NCBI RefSeq assembly: GCF_004010195.1
Contig: NC_057728.1
Location: forward strand, 40,132,918 to 40,196,917
Length of the DNA stretch: 64,000 bases
DNA from: Chiloscyllium plagiosum
Taxonomy: Eukaryota
Reading direction: 5' to 3'
Position 1 is the stretch's first letter. Every line of letters starts with the position of its first letter. This document shows positions 1-13,439 of the stretch, one piece after another. The notes beneath the pieces were generated by a model that saw nothing but the letters and a program-made list of their open reading frames with translations, made no database searches and was not told where the DNA came from. The translations under genes and the position numbers were made by a program.

Positions 1-358
1 CGGTCAGGGACATCTACTTTTCCAATGTAAAATTTGAAGGTGCAATGTATCATCAATCTGAGCAAAATGCCAGGTAGGCCTGTTACCACATCACTCCTTT
101 GTCTCACTCAAACCATGGATAGGCATAAGAGAAAGAAGGGCTTTGCTACTCCCTTTTACAATGTGATGGGTACAATAGTTCCCAGCTTTCCCAGTTCATC
201 ATTTTTGTATGAGCTCACAGACTTTCAAACCTATAATAACCTCAAAAGGTTGCCCAAAAGAAATCTGTAAAGTGAATTAACTTGCCATTAGTTAAGTTAA
301 ATTGCTACTAAAAGTGAAAATTACCTGATTGTTAATTGGGCTGAGTTTGATAGCACAT

Positions 359-695
359 GACAGCACGGTGGCTCAGTGGTTAGCACTGCTGCCCTACAGC
401 GCCAGGGACCCGAGTTTGATTCCAGCTTCGGGCAACTGTCTGTGTGGAGTTTGCACATTCTCCCCGTGTCTGCGTGGGTTTCCTCCGGGTGCTCTGGTTT
501 CCTCCCACAATCCAAAGATGTGCAGATTAGGTGAATTGGCAGTGCTAAATTGTCTATAGTGTTCAGGGATGTCTAGACTGGGTGCATTAGTCAGGGTTAA
601 ACGTAGAGGAATGAGTCTGGGTAGGTTACTGTTTGGAGGTTCGGTGTGGCCTTATCGAACCGAAAGGCCTGTTTCCACACTGTAGAAATTCTATG
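359..695 (+). mobile_element. HE1-type tRNA-derived SINE
   Basis: A-box GTGGCTCAGTGGTTAGC, B-box-like GTTTGATTCC, TGTGTGGAGTTTGCAC core, 3' tail shared with the CR1/HER1 LINE. Confidence 0.9.
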
Positions 696-2267
696 CTTGT
701 ATCTCATGTTTCCATCCAAATGTTCCCTAGTTTTATGAATGTTACAGTTCAGAAAGAGTTCATTTCAACCACTGCGTTTGCGCCAGATCATTGCACGTTA
801 TGTTTTTCTACCTCCCCCTATAAGCCTGCATGTTCTTCTTTACACAAAGCTGTCCAAGACCCTTTTTGAGCTTCAATTGAACCACATTCAGTCAGTGAAT
901 TCCAAACCTTACCCACCTGCTGCAAAATAAGTCTTTTAGTTATATGAATTGCTCTTTATTAAATACTGTGAATCAGCCTCCTTCCATCCTCAATCCTTTA
1001 TGAGTGGAAACAGCTTCTCTGCATTTACTTTCTCCAGACCCTTCATGATTTTGAATGATTCTATCAAACCTTGCCTAAGCTTTCTTTGCTCTTAGGAAAC
1101 TTTGTATAGACTTAGAGCTTTGCGAAGATTCATAAGACATCAATTGTCATTGTAAAAAGCACTTGTGTTCTTGGGTACTTAAGACAGGTCCAGAAATACG
1201 TTTGCTATGTGGACCCATATGTATAACACATGGTATTTATATTGTAATATTCAAGTCTTGTCTATGTGAAGGTTTCCCACTAGATGGATAGAAAGGTTTT
1301 TCTTCTCTAGTACTTATTTCATACTGTTTCATACCCAGCTCACCATCCCCAACCTACATATCTCTACATACACACATTTTTAATTGTAGCAAAATGAAAG
1401 TGCAACCTTAATGTGCCAACGTTTGTGGTTTTAGCCGTTGAACTCTAACCAGAAAGCCCCAATTCTAGGAAAGTGTTAAGCGCACGATGAGTAATCTTTG
1501 ATGTTCTATGGCATTAATCACTTCGGGTTTCACCACAATTTTATAAAATGCATTTTTATCTTTAAATATTTAACTAAGCAATATCATTTAACTACATTGG
1601 GAGTTATGGCAGTTGGCACTAGCTGAACCAAAGTACTTAAGTAAAGAAAAACAAGGAATGTTGAGTAAGTACCAGTGAATGTCACTCCCAAAGCAAGTTG
1701 CAGATTGACTCAAATGGAATTGTAAATTCAGATTTGCACAACTGAGATGGGTAGCTTGAGTTGGGATACTTTACTGTCTCAGTTTTAAGGATTTCATAAT
1801 GTTTGATCTTCATTCTGGGGAGTGAAGGTGGCAAGTCAGAGTCACATCACTGACATTAGAAGAAGATCATTGATGTCATAATGAAGAGGAGAAACCACAT
1901 GTTCTCAATTCCCAGATGACCTCATTATGAATGCTTGGCTGAGCTCCAAGATTATGAAATGCTTTAGTGCAGCATGTGTTTCGTTTTGACAACTTGTTGG
2001 AGTGTTTGTTTGATTATTATGTTAATGCAGCTATAATAATTATTTTTCTGAAATCTCTTTCGTCAAGTTCTAAGGAATACTTGGATATGAATCAAAGATG
2101 TAGAGTGATCAAAGCTTCCATTTCTGATAGTTATCTGATGACTGACACTTATGGTGGGTTTGTCTAGAGTTTTAGGAACAGCGGGATTTTTTTAACAGAT
2201 GATTTCTTAATAGGTGTCTTTCAATACTTGCTATTGTTACCACATGATGCAATGTGACGGTGTATGA

Positions 2268-2515
2268 TCATAGATCATAGAATTATAAAATCCTTACAGT
2301 GTGGTAACAGGCTATACGGCCCAACAAGTCCACACCAACCCTCCAAAGAGCAACCCACCCAGACCCAGCTCTCTACCTTATCCCCGTAACCCTGCATTTC
2401 CCATGGCTAACCCACCTAACCTGCACATCCCATAAAACAAGGGGAAATTTAGCATGGTCTTTCCACCCAACGTGCACATCTTTGGACTGAGGGAGGAAAC
2501 CGGAGCACTCCATGG
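2268..2515 (-). mobile_element. HE1-type SINE, 5'-truncated
   Basis: Reverse complement of the 3' two-thirds of the 359-695 element. Confidence 0.8.
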
Positions 2516-4140
2516 AGAGGGCATGCACACCATGCAGATGACATGGGGAACATGGAATCAGCAACAAGGCATGGCTAAAATTTTTTGAACTTACCTTTCA
2601 AAATGGTTCCAGATTCCAAATGATATTATATAACTCCATTGAGGCACCATGGAAAAACTGGCCTGGCTTCATGAAAATTGACAGGCTATGCCATCTCAGT
2701 CAGGAGTCCAGAGCTTTCTGCCACACCCTTATCCCATGCCAGTGAACGTAGCCTGTGCTGGGAATGCAAGTGAAAATCCTGGAATCAGGACTGACCTGTC
2801 TTTTATAAATAATTCCAGAGTTGACCTAATTCCTGAAAATCTGAGCCAAAGTCTTTAACATGCATTTTCTTTTGTTTACGTTTGTATGTTTTTAAAATCC
2901 AATCTTTACAAGAATTATTCTTCCCAGTGACGCAGCAATTAGTTATGATCTGATATATACTATCTGAGTGTGGTGGAGAGAAACATGATTGGATTTTGAA
3001 AGCAAACTAGGTAAATACATAATGAAAAATATTCAGGTCTACGGGGAGAATGCAGTGGTGTGGGTCTCATTGATGGCTCTTGCAAAGAGTCTGATTGACA
3101 TGAAGAACTAAATGGTCTCCTTCTGTGCAGTAACTATCCTATGGCGCTGTCTTCAAATAACTTTAACTTGCATTTTCCATTTGTTTCTTCCTTCTTTAGA
3201 TTAAATTACTTTAAATTATAATATCACAATTATAGCACAGTTTTTAGCCTAAGGAAAACCATTTCCTTTTGTTTTTAGTGCTTAAGATCAGCAGATACAA
3301 GGTAGAAATAAAATCCTTAATCCATAGAACATTCACCTCATCCAAACATGTATTGCAATATGTCCACCACCCCAGTTACCATCTGTTTGACTACAGTTTT
3401 GCAAAGGAAACCACTTTAAGTCAGGATCGAAGTCAACTTAAGAGAATCTTCGTGAGCCATGAGGGGTAACTAATCATGGTGAAGTAGCTTCGCCTGTGAC
3501 CACAATCCTACATTTTCTTTTGTTTCTCTGTCCTTCCAATACTCATGAGGAGGTTGACAGGGGCTTGCTGGAGCATAGTGCAGCAATGCACCAATAGGCA
3601 TTATGTGAACTTTGACACTGATGCCTTATCAACAGGGCAACATGCCTTCTCTGCTCCTGCAGAATTTCAAAGGGTGAATGGCATGGTAAATGCCACCTTT
3701 GGGCTTTGTCAGGGCAAGGTTTCCTGAAAAAAACATAGAAAAGTATTTTGCTGATAGTTTTTTTGTATCAACCTTGATGTCTTTTATGTTAAGACCAGAC
3801 ATCTGGAAATTGCCATGACTCTTATTTTTCACAATTATCAAAAATTCAAAGCCTTTTTTTTTAACAAACAGTCAATACTGGGATTGATTGTAGCTTGGTT
3901 ACACCATGTTTACATTGCATCCAGCCGGAAGAGCCTCCACAAAGCTCATGCTAAAGTATAAAAGCCAAGATTCTGACACCTGGCCTTCTCATGAAGCAAG
4001 GTAGCAATAACATATTGATTTACTTCACTTATAGCAATCAAGAGTTGCATTAGCACATGTAGCATAATGAATTGAGGCCTTCAAGGAAGTAAGAAGCACT
4101 TGAGAATGTTGCTATGGTCAGAGAAACAAATTGCCTGACA

Positions 4141-4314
4141 CCACAGCAATATGTCATGGTAATTGTCACGCTGTTTAGCTGAGTTGCTTCTTTTATTCCT
4201 AACATACCTATAGAAAGCCTTAGGGTTTTCCCTAATCCTACCGACTAAGGACCTTTCATGTCCCCTCCACAGCAATATGTCATGGTAATTGTCACGCTGT
4301 TTAGCTGAGTTGCT
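4141..4314. repeat. 48-bp direct duplication flanking a 78-bp internal CR1 fragment
   Basis: 4141-4188 is identical to 4267-4314; the insert 4189-4266 encodes RIRENPKAFYRYVRNKR on the minus strand. Confidence 0.85.
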
Positions 4315-4529
4315 ATAACAGAATTGTTGAGATGTCTAAGCGCAGTGATGACTATTTATTCAGACTGTTGTTGCCCCCTGTTATATCACTGTTAAGGCCA
4401 ATGACCACTAAATGTTTGAAAATGAGTTTCCATGATAAAGTTGACCTTGTTGTTTCCTGCCTTCCATGAGCATTCTATGATTTTTGTGCAGCCCACAATG
4501 TATACATGCTTAAGTTGTGTTCCTAGAGA

Positions 4530-7405
4530 TTGAGGATGCAAAGGAGAAGCCAGGAGTAGACCATTTCGCCTTTGAGTCTACTCCACTATTCGATATGACC
4601 ATGGGTAATTGTCCAGCCCCATTTTCTCCACATGCCCTTTGATTCATTTAGCTCTAAGAATTGTACCTAACTCCTGCTGGAAAATTTGCAATGTTCTGGC
4701 CTCAATCATTTTCTGTGGCAGTGAATTCCACAGGCTCACCACTCTCTTGTTGAAGAGATTTTGCCTTATTTCAGTCCTATTTAGCCTACCCTTTATCCTT
4801 GGTCTGTGACTCCATGGTTCTGAACTCCTTGGTCATTGGGAACACCCTTGCTCCATTTTCCTTGTCTAGTCCTCTAGTCATGCTAAACTTTTATAGATTT
4901 CTAAGCGATCCTCTCTCATTCTTCTAAACTCCAGTGAATATAGTCCTAACTAATCCAGTCTCTCTTCATAAAGGTAAATCCTGCCATCCCAGGAATCAGT
5001 CTGGTTAATATTCATTGCATTCGCTCCATAGTCAGAACATCCTTTTTCAGATAAGGAGCCCAAAACTGCACACAATACTTTCGGGATGGTCTCACAATTG
5101 CAGCAGGACATCCCCTTCTCTTGTGTTTGACTCCTTTAACTTTGAAGGCAAACATACCATGTGCCTTCTTCACTGTAGCTGCATCTACATGCTTATCTTG
5201 AGTGACTGGTGTACAAGGAGAAAGTGAGGACTGCAGATGCTGGAGATCAGAGCTTAAAAATGTGTTGCTGGAAAAGCGCAGCAGGTCAGGCAGCATCAAA
5301 GGAACAGGAGAATCGACGTTTCAGGCATAAGCATTCCTGAAGAAAGGCTTATGCCCGAAACATCGATTCTCCTGTTCCTTTGATGCTGCCTGACCTGCTG
5401 CGCTTTTCCAGCAACATATTTTTAAGCAAGTGACTGGTGTACAAGGACCTCCAGGTCTCACTGCACCTCCCCCTTACCTAATCAATCACCATTCAGATGA
5501 TCTGTTTTCTTGTTTTTTTATCACAGTGGATAACTCCACATTAAACTTAATCTGCCATGTATTTTTCTGCTCCCTTAACCTGTCCAGATCACACTGAAGT
5601 ATCTCCGCATCCTCCACACTGCTCACCCTCCCAATCAGCTTTGTATTGTCTGAAAACTAGGGGACATAGCATTTACTTCCCTTTTCTAAAGTACTAAATT
5701 ATATTGTGAATAGCTGGGGTCTGAGCGCTGATCCCTGTGGTATCCCACTAGTCATTGCCTGCCATCTCAGGAAAAGATCCATTTATTCCTACTCTTTGTT
5801 TCCTCTTTGTCAACTGGGGTTCTATCCATTTCAGTCCACTACCCCAATGCCATGTGCTTCAATTTTACATGTTAATCTCTTATGTGGGACGTTTAAGTCC
5901 AAGAAAGACTGGCTCCCCCTTATCAATTCTATTAGTTACATCCTCAAAGGATTGCTTGTGAAGCGTGATTTGCCTTTCGTAAATCTACGCTGGCTCCTCC
6001 GCACTTGTCATTGTTTCCTAAGTGCTCTGCTATTAAATATTTTACAATGGGCTTTAGCTTTTTCCCTAGTACTAATTTCATGCCAACCTGTCTGCAATTT
6101 CCTGTGTTTTCTCTATTTCCATTTTAGAAGTGTGGTCACATTAGCTCCCTTCAATCTGTAGGAAGTGTTGCAGAGTCTTAACAGATGACCACCAGCATAT
6201 CCATTATCCCTAGGTTCATTTCCTTAGGTAATCTAGGTCTGTAGATTAATGGGTCCTGGGGATTTAATGGCCTTTGATCTCATAAATTTTCCCACTGTCG
6301 TTTCCCTATTAATATTGATTTCCTTCAGTTCCTCCCTGTCACTAGACCCTGCATTTCCCAACATTTTTAGGACATTATTTATATCCTCACTTGTGAAGAC
6401 AAAATCAAATTTAATTGATCTGCCATTTCTTTGTTTCCCAGTATAACACCTCCTGTTTCTGATTGTAAGGGACTTACAATCATTTCATATTTTTTTCTCT
6501 TCACATTCCTACAGAAGCAATGCAACGATGTGCAGGTTGGGTGGACTGGCCATACTAAATTGCTCATAGTATGCTGGGATATGTAGGCCAGGTGAATTAG
6601 CCATGAGAAATGTAGGGTTACAAAGATTTTGTGTGTGTGTGTCTGTGGGTCTTGGTGACCTGCCCTTCAGAGGGCTGGTGTGGACTCAATGGGCTGAATG
6701 GCCTGCTTCCACACTGTCTGGATTCTATGAAAAGCTTCTATGATCAATTATTATATTCCTCTCAAGCTTGGTCTCATATTACATTTCCCCTCCCTTATCA
6801 ATCCCTTTGCTGAAATTTAATCTGCTCCCAATCCTCAGATGTACTGCCATTTATATGCCCCTTCCTTGGATCTAATATTATTCCTTAATAGCCACGCTCA
6901 GGTCGCGTTTCCTATTTTATTTTTATTTCAGACAGAAATGAACAACTGCTGCAGCTCATCCATGCTCTCTTTGTTTGCTGTAACCTCACTCCTTTAAGTG
7001 ATGTTCCCCAATTTATCATAGCCAGCTCACATCTAATACCTCTTTAGATTCATGATCCTAATTTTAGAATTAACTACATTACTCTCCACTTTAAAGAAGA
7101 ATTCTATATTTTATGGTCACTTTTCCCAAGGAGTTTTGTACAGCTTTACTGTCAATTATTATTCTCTCATTACACAATACTGAATCTGGGATGTCCCAGG
7201 AATCTGAAATGCTCCCCCTTGCCCCATCTCCCAATCCATCTGCTGCTGTTACTACTCTGACCAGCATGTGGCCTGGTAGCAATTGGAGATCACTACTGTT
7301 GAGGTTCTACTTTTTAACTTGCTTCTTAACTCCTACTTTCTGCTTTTTAGAGCTCATCCCTTTTTGTACGGATGCTGTTGGCAACAATGTGTACCACGAC
7401 CACTA
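4530..7405 (-). mobile_element. Old CR1-clade LINE, degraded, with nested PLE palindrome and SINE fragment
   Basis: YCVQFWAPYLKKDVL motif (ORF 5012..5299), GIPQGS-like RT motif near 5730, GVILGNKEMADQLN further upstream. Confidence 0.8.
5220..5428. mobile_element. Palindromic Penelope-derived short element
   Basis: About 80-bp inverted arms; 19-bp TSD AGTGACTGGTGTACAAGGA at 5201-5219 and 5429-5447; hammerhead-like CTGAAGA..GAAA at 5337-5360. Confidence 0.85.
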
Positions 7406-7494
7406 GCTTTACAAAAAGAAAATTGACAGAAACCTTGTTTTGTCTGTATAATGGAAGCAGCATATCATATATTATTTTTTCAATTAGATGCTTA

Positions 7495-8300
7495 TTAGAG
7501 TCATAGAGTCATAGAGATGTACAGCATGGAAACAGACCCTTTGGTCCAACCCATCCATGCCGACCAGATATCCCAACCCAATCTAGTCCCACATGCCAGC
7601 ACCCAGCCCATATCCCTCCAAACCCTTCCTATTCAAGTACCCATCCAAATGCCTCTTAAATGTTGCAATTTTACCAGCCTCCACCACTTCCTCTGGCAAT
7701 TCATTCCAAACACGTACCACCCTGTGTGTGAAAAAGGTGCCCCTTAGGTCTCTTTTATATCTTTCCCTTCTCACCCTTAACCTATGCCCTCTAGTTCTGG
7801 AATCCCCAACCCCAGGGAAAAGACTTTGTCTATTTACCCTATCCATGCTCCTCATAATTTTGTAAACCTCTATGAGGTCACCCCTCAGCCTCTGACGCTC
7901 CAGGGAAAACAGTCCCACCCTGTTCAGCCTCTCCCTATAGCTCAAATCCTCCAACCCTGGCAACATCCTTGTAAATCTTTTCTGAACCCTTTCAAGTTTC
8001 ACAACATCTTTCCGATAGGAAGGAGACCAGAATTGCACGCAATATTCCAACAGTGGCCTAACCAATGTCCTGTACAGCCGCAACATGACCTCCCAACTCC
8101 AATACTCAATACTCTGACCAATAAAGGAAAGCATACCAAATGCCTTCTTCACTATCCTATCTAACTGTGACTTCACTTTCAAGGAGCTATGAACCTGCAC
8201 TCCAAGGTCTCTTTGTTCAGCAACACTCCCTAGGACCTTCCCATTAAGTGTATAAGTCCTGCTAAGATTTGCTTTCCCAAAATGCAGCACCTCACATTTA
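7495..8300 (-). mobile_element. Young CR1/HER1 LINE 3' fragment (ORF2 C-terminus)
   Basis: Open 235-aa ORF 7583..8290 (LEYCVQFWSP..LERVQKRFTRM..RLRGDLIEVYK..WNELP); terminal 8-bp tandem repeats (TATGACTC on the element strand). Confidence 0.95.
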
Positions 8301-9689
8301 TTCTTTCAGTTCAGTGACTAACTTCACACAGAGTTAAAGTTTCGAACTTATAATACTGAAAAAAATATATACCTGCTCTTGCTCAATTTTAACTTTAGTT
8401 TTATTAATGCATCAGATTTGTTTCTCCATAAAAGTACTGTTGTCACAATAAAGTATCTTTCTTAAACCTGTTGACTGTACAGAAATAATGCCTATGCATG
8501 ATGCAAAACAGTTTTGGTTACAGTTCTAAAATAAATGCATTTAATTTGGTTTTCTTGTTGAAATCACTGAAAGTCTGCTTGACCTACTTAACAGTTATTC
8601 TGGTTTGTGACACAACATTGCTTGACATATCACTTCACCCATCAGTGAAACTTTGAGTTATGTAAGCAACCAAATCAAATCAAATCAAAGGGCTTTACCC
8701 TCAAACAGATTTTTTCCAGAGCAAACTTCATTCTCATAAAATTCAGCCACAATGTTACCCAGATTAACATCTTCACTGCCTGCTGCTGTTTTCGATGTTA
8801 CATCTGATTTAACTTCAAACATCGCTGGCTTTTGACATCTCTGCTTCGCGGTGATTGCTTTAGCTGTACTAAATTAAAACAGTGCAGAGAGAGTATTATA
8901 ATTTCAAAACAGAGGACAGGATAGAGATTCCTTTGCCATTGGTTGGTGCTAATTATTTTATCTAATGGTACATTGCTATTGTCATTTCTAGATACAGAGC
9001 CATGATTGAATTCACCTCCATGATATTTTCAGATAAAGCAATTCAGATCCTAACCACTTGCTGCAAGATAATGGTTTCCTTCATTTTGCCTCTGGCAAAT
9101 TTTTTATTGCAGGCAAATCATAGAATCATACAGTGTAGAAGAGGCCCATCAGCCCATCGAGTCTGCACTGCCCAAAATACACTACTACTGACATTCGTCC
9201 CACTTTTTCACACTAGGCTCATAGCCTTGAATGTTCTGAGACCTCAAGTATCGTCTTGAGTCCATTTTTAAAAGTTATGAGGCTAAACACCTCAACAAGT
9301 ACCTCAAATTTATCTAAATTAAACTCCAGCTGCCGCTCCTCAGCCTCCTGGTCCATCTAATTAAGATCCCATTGTAATCTGAGGCCATGGAAAAGCAGTA
9401 TCCATTAAGACAAACGTTAGGTTGAATGATACAACTAACAAAAGAATACAAATTTGAGAATGTCAAACTCCAATTATATAACATATTCATCAGGTCAACA
9501 TTGAATACCATTTCCTTTTTTAGTCATTGAGGCACAAGAAGATGCAAGCTCGGGAGATCTCATGATCTAATGACGATTAAGTTACAAGTAAAGAGGATAA
9601 AAATTGCATTTTTCAGCCTCAAAATGAAATAGTTGAGAGTTGACACTACAGTGGTATTGTAAAATAGGAACAATTTAGCAGTATTTAAG

Positions 9690-10125
9690 CTTTTTTCTAT
9701 ATTCACTTGTAAAATGTGAGCATCACTAGCTGGCCAGCATTTATTGCCAGTTCCTAGTTGCCCTTGAGAAGGTACTGGTGAGCTGCCTTCTTAAATAGCT
9801 GCAGTCCATGAGTTGTAGGTTTTTCAACAATGGATCACAGTCCATGTGTTGTAGGTTGATCCACAATGGGGATAACAGTCCATGTGTTGTAGGTTGACCC
9901 ACAATGCTATCAGGGAGGGAACTTGTAGGTTGACCCACAATGCTATCAGGGAGGGAACTCCAGGATTTATACCCAGTGACAGTGTAGGAACAGTGGTAAA
10001 TTTCTGAGTCAGAATAGTGATTGGCTTGGAGGGGAACTTGCAGATGGCGATGTTCTCATGTATCTGCTGCCCTTGTCCTTCTAAGTGGAAGTGATTGTGG
10101 GTTTAGAAGGTGCTATCAAAAGATC
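9690..10125 (-). mobile_element. LINE 3' fragment with internal tandem duplications
   Basis: Shares the GGCCAGCATTTATTGCC tail seen at 23205 and 51540; CAGTCCATG.GTTGTAGGTT x3 and a duplicated ~37-bp unit at 9800-9960. Confidence 0.6.
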
Positions 10126-12919
10126 TTAAAGCCAGTTAAAGGCAAATTTAAGACCAATGTCAGAATGTTTGTCTCATAAACAGGTATCAGCAAATAGATA
10201 GGACATTTTTTGATATTGTTACCTCTGCACACATTTCAAGACTATGCAATCTCATTGAATAAAAATCTGCACATCAGGCCTTGCAAGATTGACCTTATCC
10301 TACATTATATTTTCTTGGCCGTGGGGTAGTCCAATGACTCAAAGCAGATCTTTGAGAATGGATCTTTTTGCAATCCTTTTGTTACTTTAATGAAGCAAAA
10401 TATATTGCTGGTTTAAATGTAGATGATATCCATACCTGAGATCTGTATTTCACTGTTTTTGTAAATGAGAAGGTTATATTTGATTGTAATCAGGCTTGTA
10501 AGGTTTAATAAAGCGAACCTGGAGAATGACAGAATCTTTTCTGACCAGCATCTAGCTCAGCAGATATTTTATCTCCAGGGCTGGCTGAACTGAGTTCAGT
10601 ACATTTCAAACACAGCTAACACCGTTATGTGGCGATGAATTGATAACGGTGACCTTGGGCCCCAATGCAGCACTTCAAAGTGAAACTTGGTCTTCTGAAG
10701 AATCTCTGATGTGGCGATGAATTGAAAACCTCATAGTGCTTGGAAGCAAGAGGCAGCTGAACAGTTCCAGTAAGCTTGCAAGATGACAAGAACGTCACAG
10801 GCCCTAAGAGGTAAACTTTTTAAAAGTTGAAATTCGAGGCATGTCAATTGATCGGACTACAAGGAAAGTTCCGACTCTATTACCTCACAAAGAAATAAAA
10901 ATCAGATAATTGATCTGAACATAACCACGATCAAGCATTGCTTCTAACTTGACTTGAGTCCAAAGGCAGGTTTGGCACTGTGCACATTGGAGCTGTGGGT
11001 TTCTTCACTGCTCTCTGGTCGCCCTCCTTCAAGATTCAAATAGGCAACAACATCCTTTGTCTAAAAAAAACCCCAGTAACAGCCTGTGGCCCACAAAACT
11101 GTGACACTCTTAGCTCCAGTGAAAGGGTAATTGCACAAATGCACTGCAGATTCAGGAGATTTGAAATCAGGAAACACTGGAGACACTCGGGACAGTGCAG
11201 ACAGAAACAGTAAGTTAGTATTTCCCGTCGACGTCCAACCAGAAGCGACGCAACCTGATCAGTAGGAGCCGACAGTTTCTCTTTTGGTCCCCTCCCACTC
11301 CCCACTAAATCGGCAGAGTTTGGTGTTTTGGGGGGTCTGCAGTTTCGCCAGTTGTATTGCCGTACTGCCCAGGCACCTGAAAAAAAAACGCGACAACTGT
11401 ACTGCAGCACACCGCAGAAGCAGGCAGGTTCCGGATCTCTCCAATACTGATATCGATCACAATCTACAGGTTACTCGACAACTTTTTTTTCTCAACGAAA
11501 GAAGTTAAGAACGACCGCTTATCTTGTCTGAAGGAAGTGATAATCACACCGGAAATAAAAAATAAATTCTGTAAACCTTGAGTCTATGTGGAATATAATC
11601 TCTTTCATGTGCATTAAATTATCAATGAGATCAGCTCAGATTAATCAGAGAGAAACCAGGAATTATTCCTAAATGTCCCTTTCAAACACTGAGCGATAAC
11701 GTTGAGTGAACTCAACAAAGGCTTCTCTCTCCTCAGAAAGATTAATTGCGTACATTATTACACGTAAAATCAAAATACATATACAATTTGAAAGATGGTA
11801 ACATTTTGCTCCAAAGTATGTTATTTTTGTTCTTGGACTCATAACCCGACAGTTAATGTATTAGAATTGGGAACAAGAAGTCCTGAGGCAGGCCTGCATT
11901 GGATGCACGGCTGTCATCGATAGGGGTATATTGAAGCAACAACTGATCACAAGATAACCATGGGTGGGTAGGGCCTGTAGTTGAACGAGTGTTACTAAGA
12001 GTTCCACGCAGCCTACAGATATGTTTTTGTATTGATGTTTACTCATGTTATTTAATAGTATTCACTTTGGTAACTTTTTTTTACAAATAAACACACAATG
12101 TTATGGAATGTCGCCAAGAGAATTTTTTTACGACTCCCGTTGATATAAAACAGGTCAAGACAGAGGGCCACAGCAGATAGTATAATTGCTGATGGCCGTG
12201 GGGCAAGTGGAATGTGACATTTACATGTAAACTGCAGTTAAAAAAATACTGCTCATATTTTATTCGCTTAGAAAAGGAGGCGAGGTTTTACACAAAAAAA
12301 AACTCATTGCCTGATACCATGTACACACAGGGAACATCTGCGTTGGACAAAATACCACAGATTTAGATTAAATAGCAGTCCATGGCAAATGATCATTCAT
12401 TCATTGGAACAATCATTCAGCTGAGGCATAAACTGTGTCCGCTGAGCTCTCCAAACTTCTTTTTTTGGTTCTCTTTCTCTTTTGTATTCAAGGCTACATG
12501 TGTGTGATTGGTTTGCATATTTGGAAGTATTGTATTCGCAATAATATTTTCTGAACTTGCATTTGACAGTAAATTATGAACAAATCCATAATAGAGAACT
12601 TAAGTTTGTTTAAAAATGTTTCACTTTATAGAAAATAACAAACACAATCTATTAAGGGCGTTAGAACTAGCCTAATTAGAAAACAGTATTTTTTATTAAG
12701 ATTTGGCAGATCTGAAGGTTATTCATAAATTTTAGAAAATAAAAACAAATAGAGAAAATATACTGTCATTTTGTATTAAAGTGATTCAAATTTGACAGTA
12801 AAAGGATGAAGCAAACTTGACCTGATCTTGGAAGTCAGTGGTGTGAGATTCTGTGAGGAAGACAGCCACATTTTGAGGTTTGTATTAAGAATGTAGTTAT
12901 TTTAATCAACCTGTTGGGG

Positions 12920-13280
12920 TCAGAGGCTGAGGGGTGACGTTGTAGAGGCATGGATAGGGTAAATAGACAAGGTGGGGGAGTCCTAAACTAGAGGGCATAG
13001 GTTTAATGTGAGAGGGGAAAGATTTAAAAGGGACCTAAGGGGCACCTTTTTCATGCAGAGGGTGGTGCATGCATGGAATGAGGTGCCAGATGAAGTAATG
13101 GAGGCTGGTACAATTACAACATTTAAAAAGCATCTGGATGGGTATATGAATAGGAAACGTTTAGAGGGATATGGTCAAATGCAGGCAAATGGGACTAGAT
13201 TAATTTAGGATATGTGGTTGGCATGGGCAAGTTGGACTGAAGGGTCTGTTTCTGTGCTGTACATCTCTATGACTCCATGA
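12920..13280 (+). mobile_element. CR1/HER1 LINE 3' end
   Basis: RGERFKRDLRGTFF..WNE ORF 13008..13208 and CTATGACTC tail. Confidence 0.9.
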
Positions 13281-13439
13281 CAGGCTATGATACACTACTG
13301 GGGCAGAAGAGACTTGAACATGAATACAAGAAAAAGATTTGAACAAAGGACCCATAGTTTATACAGCATGAGAAGAGAATCCTGATTGGTTGGGCTATTA
13401 TTGATATGGAGATGAAGTAAGAGCAGATTCTTGTCAACC

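Noticed and set aside
359..430. tRNA genes at SINE 5' ends
   Set aside because: The A/B boxes belong to tRNA-derived SINE heads and run straight into SINE bodies.
329..559. Recurrent short ORFs with VAQWLALLPH..GNCLCGVC or MCKLHTDS as a peptide family
   Set aside because: They are translations of the non-coding HE1 SINE on either strand.
7583..8290. Longest ORFs (7583..8290, 49718..50467, 50633..51391) as host genes
   Set aside because: They are CR1/HER1 ORF2 fragments, present many times in the window, 5'-truncated and partly frameshifted.
9800..9960. CRISPR-like repeat-spacer array
   Set aside because: Irregular tandem duplications inside a LINE fragment in vertebrate DNA, with no unique spacers or cas genes.
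10980..11410. ORFs 10980..11213 (+) and 11036..11410 (-) as genes
   Set aside because: No recognisable domain, non-ATG starts and no supporting exon chain.
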